Of a stretch of DNA of 64,000 nucleotides, positions 1 to 9,517 are shown piece by piece (the stretch's first letter is position 1; every line of letters starts with the position of its first letter). The notes beneath the pieces were generated by a model. The model saw only the letters and a program-made list of their open reading frames with translations. It did no database searches and was not told the DNA's origin. The stretch comes from an uncultured virus (IMG/VR IMGVR_UViG_3300011693_000001) (lineage: Duplodnaviria; Heunggongvirae; Uroviricota; Caudoviricetes): positions 62,001 through 126,000 of the IMG/VR virus record IMGVR_UViG_3300011693_000001. One strand, 5' to 3'. A program made the position numbers and the translations under genes.

Positions 1-1
1 T

Positions 2-103
2 CTGAAAAGATTGCATTTTATGGCCAGCACACATGAACTGCAAAAGACCTATCTTTCCAATCTGGAAAACGAAGCCATGCGGCTGATCGACTACGTGGGG
101 TGA
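2..103 (+). CDS. 3' end of a hypothetical protein truncated by the window start
   Basis: Open frame LKRLHFMASTHELQKTYLSNLENEAMRLIDYVG ending at TGA 101-103, with an overlapping GC hairpin (cgtgggg...ccccacg). Confidence 0.4.
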   Translation: MKRLHFMASTHELQKTYLSNLENEAMRLIDYVG

Positions 104-128
104 TCTGGCGCCCCACGCCTTCCTCTCA

Positions 129-148
129 AAACTGTAAAGATAGGATAC
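129..148 (+). promoter_or_regulatory. Putative phage early/middle promoter motif AAACTGTAAAGATAG
   Basis: Near-identical motif recurs upstream of replication genes at 6993 and 14451. Confidence 0.55.
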
Positions 149-166
149 CGTTGGAGGGTTCTGTCT

Positions 167-3100
167 ATGCAGTTCAAACACTTCGACATAGGCTACCAGT
201 ACAGTTCGATGTTCAAGAACGTACGCGGTGATTTCAACTATGTCCAATCCGCATATCATCGTAACAAAAACGGCAAAGGCAAGATTCTACTGGTCCTCGA
301 CTATATGCCGAAGGAAGACCTAGACTCTGGCATGTTGCTGTCCGGCGATACAGGCAAGCTTCTTAAGCGCTTGCTATTCAACGCCAACAATTTTTACCGG
401 GAAGAGAACACAATCGATGACTTTGATTGGGTTGCTATTTCCTATACTGCCTTCAAAACGAAGGACAAAGCTGATTCATTTGTTGCCGCCGCAGAAGCTG
501 AATTCACCAAGCGGCTGAAAACAGTAATCACGAAATATCAACCTGATGTTGTACTCACTTTCGGTATGGCACCTTATCGTGCCTTGAACGACGAGAAGAT
601 TAAAGAGTACGGCGGCAAGCATCAGCATCTGTACGGTCAAGGTGTACCAACCAAAGTAAAGATTGGTGGTAAAGCACACAGCTTCATTCACGTGCCGACT
701 ATCAGTTTGCAAACTATGTTGAACACTGACTACAAAGGCGGTGCTATCTCTATTGCCGGTTATGTCTCACGTAATCTGACAACAGCGCTTCGTTGTGGTG
801 TACCTCGTTATGGTATGCCGCGCGATCCTAAATATAAAGTTGAGCTAGTAGATACGATTAAGAAGTTTGATCGTATGCTCGATTACCTGCGTAAGCAGAA
901 GAATGTTGCAATCGATACCGAAACGGAAAACCTGTATCGGCGTAAGAACAGAATGTTGACCATTCAGTTCGCAGCAACAAAAGACAAAGCTTATGTACTT
1001 CCCTTCTATCACAAGGATAGTCCTTTTGATGGGAAGGAACTGAACTACATTAGTAACAAGCTCCGCAACTTCTTCGAGTGTGACAACAAGAACAAGTACC
1101 ATGTATTCGCTAACGGGCCGTTTGACCTGACGGTGATCCGTAACGCGATTGGTGTTCGCTACTTCAAAGCGGCCGCTTGGGATATCTTCGCTGGCGAGTT
1201 TATCCTTGACGAGAATATGAAGTTCCTGTCGGCTACTACCGGCGGTTACTACTATAGTCTCGGCAACCTTGTCATGCAGTATGGTTGCGATATCTATTAC
1301 CGATCAGAATTCGGTAAGGATAAACGGAAAACTATCTGGCAAGTCGACCTCGATGAGAAGCTGATTACGTACTGCGCCCTAGACGTAATCACATTGCTAT
1401 ATATCAAAGAGCTTCAGCTACAACGTGCCGCTGATATTGGGCATACCAAGTTTGAACTTATGACTGGCGGGCAAATGTCCGACACCATTCATACGATCAG
1501 TACCTTGGAGTTCAATGGCAGTCGGATCGATATCGAATATCTCTTCCATCTTAAATCGGAAGAATCACCGATCGTTAAGGAACTGCACCGTACCCGCAAA
1601 GCCCTTTACGAGTTCCCCAGCGTAAAGAAAGCCAACAAGATTCTCTGCAAAGGTAAATCCGTTCCTGCGTTGGGTATGTTTGGCAAAGCTGAAGTGCAAG
1701 TCTTCGATATCGGCAAGAAGAAGCACAAGCAAATTCTGTTCTTCGATATCTTGGGACTCAAACCACTCAAGTTCGGCAAGGATGGTGAAGGTAAGGTCGA
1801 TAAGTTTTTCCAGAGCGAGTACAAAGATGTAGAGGAAGTAAAGGCATTCACCGCGATGGTGAAGATCAAGAAACTCTACGACGCTTATGTGAAGTCGTTT
1901 ATTAAGCAGTGGGGTTCCGATGACGATATGCGTTATGATACACGCATTCGTCCACACTTCGGTTACTTGCCTGTAGTTACCGGCCGCTTGTCTGCAACGA
2001 AACCCTCTCTGCATCAAATTCCGAGTAGATCGGAAGCCGGTAAGCACATTAAGCGTCTGTTCATCGCACAGAAAGGCCGTATTATTCTGAAGGTGGACTA
2101 CTCTGCGCACGAAGTTCGTTGCTGGTCTATCATTACTGGTGATAAGAAAGTAGCAGAGGTATTCCGTGTTGGTTACGATCTGCGTAAGGAGTTCCGTTAT
2201 AGGCCGTGCGCCAGTCTGGCCGAACGTATCAAGGTTGAGGGTGACGTTCACAAGCTAAACGCTAGTTACTTCTTCGGCGTTGATATTTCGCAAGTAACCA
2301 AGTCGATTCGTGACGCGGTAAAAGCGGTAATCTTCGGTCTGATCTACCAGCAGGGCTTCAAAGGTCTTGCGCAATCGACTGGCCGTAAGCTGGAAGAGAT
2401 TGAAGATATCGTTGGTCAGTTCCTTGCGCGCTTCCCTGTAGGTGTGAAATGGTTCGATCAGATGAAGAAGTTTGCACGTAAGAATCTTTACGTCGAATCT
2501 CCAATCGGTCGCCGCCGTTATCTGTGGGGTTATCTGCTACCGAAGAGTTGTGAGATATCCGATCAAGTTTATCAGTCGATGGATCGCCGTTCCGTTAACA
2601 GTCCGGTGCAGGGTCTTGGCTCTGACTTCCTAGTGAACGGATCGCGTCAGATTGAACGCTTGAAGTATAAGCACTACGAGAAGACTGGTCACTATCCTGA
2701 TTTCTATCAGGGCAACCAAGTACACGACGCCATCGAATTCTCCTGTGCGTATGAAGATGTTTGGTTGGCTATTGCGATCATCGAGAAAGGATTGACCACT
2801 GCTGTTCAGAAGGTTACGCTGAAACGTCACGGTATCAAGTTTACCATCCCGCTCGAAATTGAGTTCGAAATAGGATCGACACTCAAACAAGCAGATGCGT
2901 GGGATTACGCACTCAAGGGTACGAAGAATAGTTTCGAGACTCTTGTGATGGATGCGTTGAACTTGCAGCGCGATGAACTCAAGTACGATATTAATCCCAA
3001 GAAAGTATACAAGGAGATTATGAGCAACATTCACCTTGGTCCGAAGTGGGCACGTGAGCAAGAATCTTACGTAAACGATTTGGAAGAGAAGGCTGCCTAG
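167..3100 (+). CDS. polA: Family A DNA polymerase with N-terminal UDG-like domain and 3'-5' exonuclease
   Basis: ExoI AIDTETE, ExoII NGPFD, ExoIII YCALD; TGRLS; motif A DYSAHEVR; motif B RDAVKAVIFGLIY; NSPVQG; motif C QVHD. The N-terminal ~210 aa has a UDG-family-4-like pattern (LLSGDTGKLL, PDVVLTFG). Confidence 0.95.
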   Translation: MQFKHFDIGYQYSSMFKNVRGDFNYVQSAYHRNKNGKGKILLVLDYMPKEDLDSGMLLSGDTGKLLKRLLFNANNFYREENTIDDFDWVAISYTAFKTKDKADSFVAAAEAEFTKRLKTVITKYQPDVVLTFGMAPYRALNDEKIKEYGGKHQHLYGQGVPTKVKIGGKAHSFIHVPTISLQTMLNTDYKGGAISIAGYVSRNLTTALRCGVPRYGMPRDPKYKVELVDTIKKFDRMLDYLRKQKNVAIDTETENLYRRKNRMLTIQFAATKDKAYVLPFYHKDSPFDGKELNYISNKLRNFFECDNKNKYHVFANGPFDLTVIRNAIGVRYFKAAAWDIFAGEFILDENMKFLSATTGGYYYSLGNLVMQYGCDIYYRSEFGKDKRKTIWQVDLDEKLITYCALDVITLLYIKELQLQRAADIGHTKFELMTGGQMSDTIHTISTLEFNGSRIDIEYLFHLKSEESPIVKELHRTRKALYEFPSVKKANKILCKGKSVPALGMFGKAEVQVFDIGKKKHKQILFFDILGLKPLKFGKDGEGKVDKFFQSEYKDVEEVKAFTAMVKIKKLYDAYVKSFIKQWGSDDDMRYDTRIRPHFGYLPVVTGRLSATKPSLHQIPSRSEAGKHIKRLFIAQKGRIILKVDYSAHEVRCWSIITGDKKVAEVFRVGYDLRKEFRYRPCASLAERIKVEGDVHKLNASYFFGVDISQVTKSIRDAVKAVIFGLIYQQGFKGLAQSTGRKLEEIEDIVGQFLARFPVGVKWFDQMKKFARKNLYVESPIGRRRYLWGYLLPKSCEISDQVYQSMDRRSVNSPVQGLGSDFLVNGSRQIERLKYKHYEKTGHYPDFYQGNQVHDAIEFSCAYEDVWLAIAIIEKGLTTAVQKVTLKRHGIKFTIPLEIEFEIGSTLKQADAWDYALKGTKNSFETLVMDALNLQRDELKYDINPKKVYKEIMSNIHLGPKWAREQESYVNDLEEKAA

Positions 3101-3130
3101 TGCAGCTTTCCTTCTTTAAGGACTACAAAA

Positions 3131-3532
3131 ATGTTACCTTCTATAAATACAGTGCTCTGCTCAGGGCTAGCTATAATTGTAATGCTAGCTTTGCTTTTCC
3201 TATTTTGCGTTAAAAACATGAGCCATCGTTTGCATGGTACTTCGTTCGATCACCTATGTTTTATCTTACCTTGCGCGTGGTTCACGGCTTACGGTATGAT
3301 CCTCCGCTTACTCCGCAACATAGACTGCCCAGCAGAATACGTAGAAGAATTAGTTGTTGGCTTTTTTATCTACGGTTATACACGTGGGGCCGCAGATGCC
3401 AAGTTAGGTTGTGAAACAAACATCGCTGACTACGTACGTAAGCATCGCTCGGCAAGACCTTTCTTACCGATGAGTACACCTCTAATCGAATTCGCTTATA
3501 AAGAAGGACAAAATAATGTCAGACAATACTGA
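3131..3532 (+). CDS. Hypothetical protein, probably membrane-associated
   Basis: ATG with AAGGA SD; hydrophobic N-terminus. Confidence 0.6.
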   Translation: MLPSINTVLCSGLAIIVMLALLFLFCVKNMSHRLHGTSFDHLCFILPCAWFTAYGMILRLLRNIDCPAEYVEELVVGFFIYGYTRGAADAKLGCETNIADYVRKHRSARPFLPMSTPLIEFAYKEGQNNVRQY

Positions 3533-3920
3533 TCTTCGCCTTTGTACTATCACTGACTTAACATGCAATGCCAGTGCGCCAGTGGGCGATCATGGAACTA
3601 TCAATGCGGAGTTAGTAACAAAAGCCACGAATTCTGTTTGGCAGTCTGCTGCTCCTACTCCACTTGATCGTGCCGTGGAAATTCTTAACGAGGCTATGCA
3701 TACGGTGCCGGGCGTCTCTAGTCACTTGCATTGGCCGCTCCCCATGACTGGCGATGCTGAAAACTCAAGCATTGAATGTTTTATGTCACAGGATGCCGTT
3801 ACAACAAACTTGCTAGGAATTCTAAACGCCATTGTATCCTTCACTAAGGATGGAATTCTTCATCGTATTGAATTCTCCAAGGATGAAAACCGCTACTTCG
3901 TGGCTAGCGTAGTTGTATAA
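3516..3920 (+). CDS. Hypothetical protein
   Basis: AAGGA SD; packed into the operon. Confidence 0.65.
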   Translation: MSDNTDLRLCTITDLTCNASAPVGDHGTINAELVTKATNSVWQSAAPTPLDRAVEILNEAMHTVPGVSSHLHWPLPMTGDAENSSIECFMSQDAVTTNLLGILNAIVSFTKDGILHRIEFSKDENRYFVASVVV

Positions 3921-3931
3921 AGGTAACAGCC

Positions 3932-4282
3932 ATGCTCCGACATAAGAAACCCGGCGATACGCTATATATTGTTTCACGCTTCAAAGACGTACCGCCGATA
4001 ACCACGAAGATCAAAGTAGTCGGTTACATCTACATACACACCGTTAATGGTGAAGTATATCGCCGCGACAATGGCGCACCGCGACTGCACCGTAAAACTA
4101 CACGTGACACCACCATTGATTCTCGCGCTTGGGATTCGAAGGACGTGTATGAAGAATACATGGCTGCTTACATTAGCCATTCTGTCAATGTGCTGAAGTT
4201 CAAACGCAAGGTATCCGAACTTCAAGTCGCTGAGCTTACGCCAGAAAAACTAGAAGCTATTCAAACCATTCTTGCCAGCTAA
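3932..4282 (+). CDS. Hypothetical protein (small beta-barrel-like phage protein)
   Basis: AAGGT SD; KPGDTLYIV...KVVGYIYI pattern. Confidence 0.6.
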   Translation: MLRHKKPGDTLYIVSRFKDVPPITTKIKVVGYIYIHTVNGEVYRRDNGAPRLHRKTTRDTTIDSRAWDSKDVYEEYMAAYISHSVNVLKFKRKVSELQVAELTPEKLEAIQTILAS

Positions 4283-4293
4283 GGAGAACCACC

Positions 4294-5439
4294 ATGCATG
4301 AGTACCTAAAGAACCTACAGCATATCTACCATAATGGTAAGGATCGCGGCGACCGCACCGGAACCGGAACCCGTAGCGTGTTCGGTAAGATCAACATGGA
4401 ATTCGATCTTCATGTTGGTGCGCAGTGGTTGCCTACTATCCCGCTGCTGACTACCAAGCGTATTCACCTGCCTTCTGTGATTCACGAACTGCTATGGATG
4501 CTCAGTGGTGACACTGACGTTCGTTATCTGAAAGAAAACAAAGTGCGTATTTGGGATGAGTGGGTTATTCCAGAAACCGCGAAGTACCGTATGCTACAGT
4601 GGGGCGAGCGTATTCGCCTGATGAGCAAGAAACCTGAGTATGAAGATTTCTTGCATGTTACCGATATGATGCGGGAGGATGGTCGCTCGCAAGAACACAT
4701 CATCCGAGTTCAATCGGATAAGATGGATAGGGCTGGTGTACCAGATAAGGTATTGGTATCAGGTGATCTTGGTCCTGTCTATGGCGCGCAGTGGCGTAAG
4801 TGGCAAGATACACAAATCGTATGGACTGAGAAATACCAGAAAGAGAAAGCCTCTTATGACACTCGCGGTTATCGCGTTCTCGGTGAAGTACCGCTCGACC
4901 TGAACCTTAACGGTACAGTCCTATATCGTGAAGTGGATCAGATCGCTCGACTTGAAGAGCGTCTGCAAAACAATCCTGAATGCCGACGTTTGATTGTCAG
5001 TGCATGGAACGTTGCCAAGCTAGATGAAATGGCACTCCCTCCTTGTCATACGCTTGCACAGTGGTATGTTGAAACCAATGAGGACGGAGAGCAGCTACTG
5101 AGTTGCAAGCTTTATCAACGGAGCGGAGATTTCTTCCTCGGCGTACCATTCAATATCGCCTTCTACTCTACACTCACACATATGCTTGCTGCTGTGCATG
5201 GGATGAAAGCTCACAAGTTTTACCACACCTGTGGTGATGCGCATATCTATCACAATCACTTCGATCAAGTGTCTGAACAGCTCGGTCGGCTGCCTAGTAA
5301 TGAACCTGCTTTTATCGATGTTCGTACGAAAGATGAAGCGAACTATCCCTATTCTAGTATCCTCGATATCAAATATCAAGATATCAATATTACAGGGTAC
5401 AACCCTATGCCGGGTATTGCAGCTCCTGTAGCTGTGTGA
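4294..5439 (+). CDS. thyA: Thymidylate synthase ThyA with internal insertions
   Basis: DRTGTGT, PLLTTK, HELLW, IWDEW, LGPVYGAQWR, MALPPCH (catalytic Cys), YQRSGD, GVPFN, GDAHIY. Confidence 0.96.
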   Translation: MHEYLKNLQHIYHNGKDRGDRTGTGTRSVFGKINMEFDLHVGAQWLPTIPLLTTKRIHLPSVIHELLWMLSGDTDVRYLKENKVRIWDEWVIPETAKYRMLQWGERIRLMSKKPEYEDFLHVTDMMREDGRSQEHIIRVQSDKMDRAGVPDKVLVSGDLGPVYGAQWRKWQDTQIVWTEKYQKEKASYDTRGYRVLGEVPLDLNLNGTVLYREVDQIARLEERLQNNPECRRLIVSAWNVAKLDEMALPPCHTLAQWYVETNEDGEQLLSCKLYQRSGDFFLGVPFNIAFYSTLTHMLAAVHGMKAHKFYHTCGDAHIYHNHFDQVSEQLGRLPSNEPAFIDVRTKDEANYPYSSILDIKYQDINITGYNPMPGIAAPVAV

Positions 5440-5442
5440 CCT

Positions 5443-5937
5443 ATGCATCAGATAGAACAGCAAGAAAAATTACCCCTGTACCGCTCGCACAAGAAAGTGT
5501 GGGCGGCAAAGATCACTGATATCAAAGCATCCGATAATTTCACCGATAGCAGTGTTCTGTACTTCGGTGAAATTGACGATAGCATTATCGTGGATCGTGT
5601 TTGGTTGCAACGTAACGGGCCTGTTAAAGTGGGCGGTTATTACGCCGTCTATGAAGATAACTACCGTTGTTATTTCCCCGGTAAACAGTTTGAAGCTGGT
5701 CATACTCGTATCGATCAAGAACCTATCATAGAGCCTTTATTCAAAATCGAACCTAAAGAGTACGTGTCCCGTAACGGCTACCGTTGTCGCGTTCTCTTTA
5801 CGGGGCATCATGGTCAGGATTGCTCAGTGCCTATGGTTTGCTACATGAACCTCGATCCGACGTTTGATAATCCTCCCGGCAAAATCTGGATGGTGTCTGA
5901 ATCGTTCTTCGCTTCACGCTTTCGGGAGTTGCCATGA
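5443..5937 (+). CDS. Two-domain phage protein (N: YRSHKKVWA...GGYYAVYED domain; C: DUF1653-like)
   Basis: C-terminal Y..RVLFTGHH...MVCY...IWMVSESFFASRF resembles DUF1653; recognised by pattern only. Confidence 0.55.
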   Translation: MHQIEQQEKLPLYRSHKKVWAAKITDIKASDNFTDSSVLYFGEIDDSIIVDRVWLQRNGPVKVGGYYAVYEDNYRCYFPGKQFEAGHTRIDQEPIIEPLFKIEPKEYVSRNGYRCRVLFTGHHGQDCSVPMVCYMNLDPTFDNPPGKIWMVSESFFASRFRELP

Positions 5938-6215
5938 TCTATCTGGTCAGCTTGGTTGTTAGTTTCTGTTCTGTGTTTATGAAAGGGTTTCAGCACAAGA
6001 ACGTTATCGGCAATCACTACAAAGCTACTTTCTTCACGTCGTATGCGATGGCAGCCTTCGACGTAGTAGCGGTTACGTTGATTGTCAAAGGCGGTTTACC
6101 TGTAGCTTTGAGTTCTGGCACTGGTGCTGCTTTTGGTATGGTTACAGCTATGTGGGCACACTCTAAAATCTTTAAGGAAAAGAAAGAAGATGGAAATCAA
6201 CATCCAGCTGCATAA
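5934..6215 (+). CDS. Small membrane protein
   Basis: Three hydrophobic segments; ATGA overlap with the upstream gene. Confidence 0.65.
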   Translation: MIYLVSLVVSFCSVFMKGFQHKNVIGNHYKATFFTSYAMAAFDVVAVTLIVKGGLPVALSSGTGAAFGMVTAMWAHSKIFKEKKEDGNQHPAA

Positions 6216-6657
6216 ACCTATAATCGTCAGTGGATTCCCCGGTATTGGGAAAAGCACACTGGTTAAACAGTACCCTTGGATTCTTGATAGCGACAGCAGT
6301 ACGTTCGATAAAACAGACTTTCCGCAGAATTATATCGAACATATCCGCGAAGTCACTTCTCAAGGAAAAACCATCCTTGTATCTAGCCACTTTGCTGTTC
6401 GTGATGAACTAGAAGAACAGGGCTTTGACTTCGCCCTTGTCTATCCGGGCATCAAGCTGAAAGATGAGTACATGCGCCGTTACCGTGAACGCGGTAGCCC
6501 TCAGAATCTCATTCAACTGATGGATGATAATTGGGATAAGTTCATCAAGCAATGCGAAGAACAAGAATGTATGTACAAGTATGTAATGCGCCCAAATGAA
6601 TACTTGGCTGACTCTTGGCCTGCAATTCTCCGAGATATAAGGACTCTTCAACAATGA
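6190..6657 (+). CDS. P-loop NTPase / nucleotide-kinase-like protein
   Basis: Walker A SGFPGIGKST followed by ILDSDSS; start reassigned to ATG 6190. Confidence 0.75.
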   Translation: MEINIQLHKPIIVSGFPGIGKSTLVKQYPWILDSDSSTFDKTDFPQNYIEHIREVTSQGKTILVSSHFAVRDELEEQGFDFALVYPGIKLKDEYMRRYRERGSPQNLIQLMDDNWDKFIKQCEEQECMYKYVMRPNEYLADSWPAILRDIRTLQQ

Positions 6658-6992
6658 AATATCCACTCTCTCCCGAACGTTTGAAAGAACTGCATGCCTC
6701 CCAACCCAAGCAGGAGACTCTTATCTCCGCTGAGAAAATCCGAGAGCGTATTGCTGACACCATCTTCACTGATGTTGCTGGAACTAACGGTGTTGTGCGC
6801 TGCATCACCTGTTTGATTGAAATGGATAACGGGTTCCAAGTGCTAGGCAAAGCCTTTGTTGCCGATCCTGCGAATTTCAATCGGGAACTCGGTGAGCACT
6901 ACGCTTACACGGATGCCTTTAATCAACTTTGGGGTCCGTTCGCTTTCCTGTTGCGGGAAACAGTATTTTCTACCTATAGTAATCAAGGCTAG
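6654..6992 (+). CDS. N4 gp49 / Sf6 gp66 family protein (candidate nucleotide-signal sponge)
   Basis: TCLIEMDNGFQVLGKAFVADPANFNRELGEHYAYTDAFNQLW matches the family pattern; AAGGA SD before ATG 6654. Confidence 0.8.
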   Translation: MKYPLSPERLKELHASQPKQETLISAEKIRERIADTIFTDVAGTNGVVRCITCLIEMDNGFQVLGKAFVADPANFNRELGEHYAYTDAFNQLWGPFAFLLRETVFSTYSNQG

Positions 6993-7013
6993 AAACTGTA
7001 AAGATAAGTATAC
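6993..7013 (+). promoter_or_regulatory. Putative early/middle promoter motif AAACTGTAAAGATAAG
   Basis: Copy of the motif at 129, located in the intergenic gap before the clamp-like gene. Confidence 0.55.
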
Positions 7014-7033
7014 AAGTCTGATTGGATAAACCT

Positions 7034-8143
7034 ATGATTGCCCTTCATCAAACTGAAGGGTTCTCTTTCACTGTGGACGGCGGCAGCTTGCTGTCCGTCC
7101 TTTCGAAAGTGAACTCGATTGCCGGTGCCACTAAGTCTACAGATGCTGAACGCACCTTTTTGATTTTCGCCTGCGACAAAAAGCTGTACGCGCTTTCCTA
7201 TACCCCGGACACTTTCTGCTACATTCGTGTTGAAGCGAAAGTAAAAGGCGAAGGTTATTTCCAGTTTGATTACGAAACCTTAGCTCGTACGCTAAAGGGG
7301 CGTAAAGAACTAGAAGTAACAGTCGGCAGTCAGATTCAAGTTAAAGCCGGTCGTTACGTGATGAAACTGAATACCAGTGAAGTCCCTGCCAACTTCTTGA
7401 CCGCTATCGAAATTTACCTCAAATCCGGTAAAGCCGATAAGATGAAGAATAGCGATATGCAGAAAATCCGCAGCGCTATTAAGCAGGTTGATATTCAAGA
7501 CATTTACGCCGGCGGTAAAAACTGCTGTTACCTGATGATTCGTGAAGGGAAACTCTTAGCTACGTCGTACGATAGTTTCCACATGGTAATGGTCAAGGAA
7601 AAGGTAGCCTACCAGAATACCCAAGTGGCTTTCCATTCCGCTACTTTCCGCCTGCTGGACAAGTTTATCGGAGACGCTGATGTTGCTCTGTATGTCGGCC
7701 GCAATCTTCGAGTAGAGTCTGAAGACTTTGTTGTGTGTCTTCCTCCTGTTCAAGTAGATGAAGCTCAGTTTGAAATCGTACCAAACTATCTGAAAGGTCT
7801 ATCTGATCCTGTAGCCTCCTTTGAGCTGAACAGCGCTGCGATTAAAGCCTTGCATAACATCAGTGGCATCATTCAAGGCGATGACAAGATGGACATTACC
7901 GTGTCAGATGGTAAGGTAGAGATTTCCATCAAAAGCCAAAAGGGTAGTATCAGTGATAGCTACAAGTGCAAGACTTCTGGTGAGTACAAATTCACTGTTG
8001 ATCCTCGTTTGTTCCTTGATCTGTATCGCAAGGTAACGCTGCCCGCTATTGTTAATCTGCACGGCTCTGCACGCGGCACCAGCAATATCTTCTCGATTAA
8101 ACAAGACAATATTCGAATGGCAGGTTCCTACTATGAAAGCTGA
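7034..8143 (+). CDS. DNA sliding clamp, beta-subunit-like
   Basis: ~370 aa with a three-domain alpha/beta periodicity; LLATSYDSFHM resembles beta-clamp VATDGHRL; FTVDPRLFLD resembles FNxxYLLD; replication context. Confidence 0.6.
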   Translation: MIALHQTEGFSFTVDGGSLLSVLSKVNSIAGATKSTDAERTFLIFACDKKLYALSYTPDTFCYIRVEAKVKGEGYFQFDYETLARTLKGRKELEVTVGSQIQVKAGRYVMKLNTSEVPANFLTAIEIYLKSGKADKMKNSDMQKIRSAIKQVDIQDIYAGGKNCCYLMIREGKLLATSYDSFHMVMVKEKVAYQNTQVAFHSATFRLLDKFIGDADVALYVGRNLRVESEDFVVCLPPVQVDEAQFEIVPNYLKGLSDPVASFELNSAAIKALHNISGIIQGDDKMDITVSDGKVEISIKSQKGSISDSYKCKTSGEYKFTVDPRLFLDLYRKVTLPAIVNLHGSARGTSNIFSIKQDNIRMAGSYYES

Positions 8144-8549
8144 TACATCTACTCCTGTTATGCGGGCAAACTCTTTTAGCGTAGAGTACAATGCAGGAGA
8201 CTGCGAGTCACCGGATTGGAAAACCTACGTTTATGGGATGAGCCTCACTGATTCTCATTTTGAATTGATAGATTGTATTCGTGATCGCAAACCTACTGTT
8301 GCTCAGCTGGTGCTTGTACGGGATGATGGTAACTCACAAGAACGTCGCGTTATCCTTAGCATCGAGCACGGACAATCTATTGACTCTATTCTAGGTTCTC
8401 TGCGCGAACATCTGGACTACATCGAAAACGTATTCTTCGATATCAAAGATAAAGTCAATGAAGCTCAGCGTGAAAAAGAACTTCTTGATGAGCAGTATGG
8501 ATGTTGCGAGCTTGAAATCCACAACGCAGTAAAAGAGTTCACTTTCTAA
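8133..8549 (+). CDS. Hypothetical protein
   Basis: ATG 8133 overlaps the end of the clamp gene; operon packing. Confidence 0.6.
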   Translation: MKADTSTPVMRANSFSVEYNAGDCESPDWKTYVYGMSLTDSHFELIDCIRDRKPTVAQLVLVRDDGNSQERRVILSIEHGQSIDSILGSLREHLDYIENVFFDIKDKVNEAQREKELLDEQYGCCELEIHNAVKEFTF

Positions 8550-8986
8550 TGGACCAGCACAGTCTCATTTTCTCCCTAGCGGACACTATCGTACCTGATG
8601 AGATTGGTGTTAATGCGACACATCGTTTCGTCGATCTAGGTGCGAGCGCTCAAGGGGATCATCACATTATGATCCTCTACCGCGAAGCCTATTATTCGCT
8701 GTTGAGCATAGGACACAAAACCCCTATCCGCATTGGTAAGTTTTGTGTGGCTTACCCTGTATTAAATCAACGTGAAGTCCCATACGGTCATTTATTTTGT
8801 GTGGATCGTTCACGTACTGAAATTGAACCTGACCGACTTGTCGTTCGCAGTCTGAGGATGAAGAGTGATTTCACTGTTTACCCATTCGAGGATAAAAACC
8901 TCAATGTATACAAGGACAGTGCTGGTAACATTCTTATCAAAACTAACGAACCTCCTGTCTGTCAATACCTAGTGGTGGATGAGTAA
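8549..8986 (+). CDS. Hypothetical protein
   Basis: TAATG coupling. Confidence 0.65.
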   Translation: MDQHSLIFSLADTIVPDEIGVNATHRFVDLGASAQGDHHIMILYREAYYSLLSIGHKTPIRIGKFCVAYPVLNQREVPYGHLFCVDRSRTEIEPDRLVVRSLRMKSDFTVYPFEDKNLNVYKDSAGNILIKTNEPPVCQYLVVDE

Positions 8987-9517
8987 ATGTATGCCGAAGA
9001 GATAAAGCGGTTACGCAAACTCATACGCAAGGATTCGCAGTTTAAGAAGGTAAACAAATTCTTTGAACACGTAGCTGAAGATTTGAGTGTAGACGGTTTA
9101 TACAAAGAGATTCAGAACCTACACAAGATGCGAGCTAGCCGTTCACTGGATCGTAGCAATAAAGCTTTCTTAGACCGAGTAGTGGAAGCGAATCTGCAAG
9201 ATCAGTCCTATCGCTCCCGCCTTGCTGAAATTCAGATGGAATGCAGTCGCGTTCTATCAAAGTACGAACCTATCATCGAAGACCTTGTTTTGTTTTTGCA
9301 CGCGCAGTATCTGGAAAGCCTCAAAGGTTTTCTCTCTGCCAAACAAGATCGTTTGGAATTCCTGCAAGGTCTATGTAAGGACCATGTGCGTTTTCTCCGC
9401 GATCTACGTTCAGTAGAAGAAGCTGCGAAGATTGTGATTACTGATATCGACAAGGCCGGTTATATGTTCAAGAACCTAATCGAAGCCGTGAAGATTGTCC
9501 ATGAGCGCAAAGCCTAA
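8987..9517 (+). CDS. Helical/coiled-coil protein, possibly a UvsY-like recombination mediator
   Basis: All-helical and adjacent to a UvsW-like helicase; function inferred from context only. Confidence 0.5.
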   Translation: MYAEEIKRLRKLIRKDSQFKKVNKFFEHVAEDLSVDGLYKEIQNLHKMRASRSLDRSNKAFLDRVVEANLQDQSYRSRLAEIQMECSRVLSKYEPIIEDLVLFLHAQYLESLKGFLSAKQDRLEFLQGLCKDHVRFLRDLRSVEEAAKIVITDIDKAGYMFKNLIEAVKIVHERKA

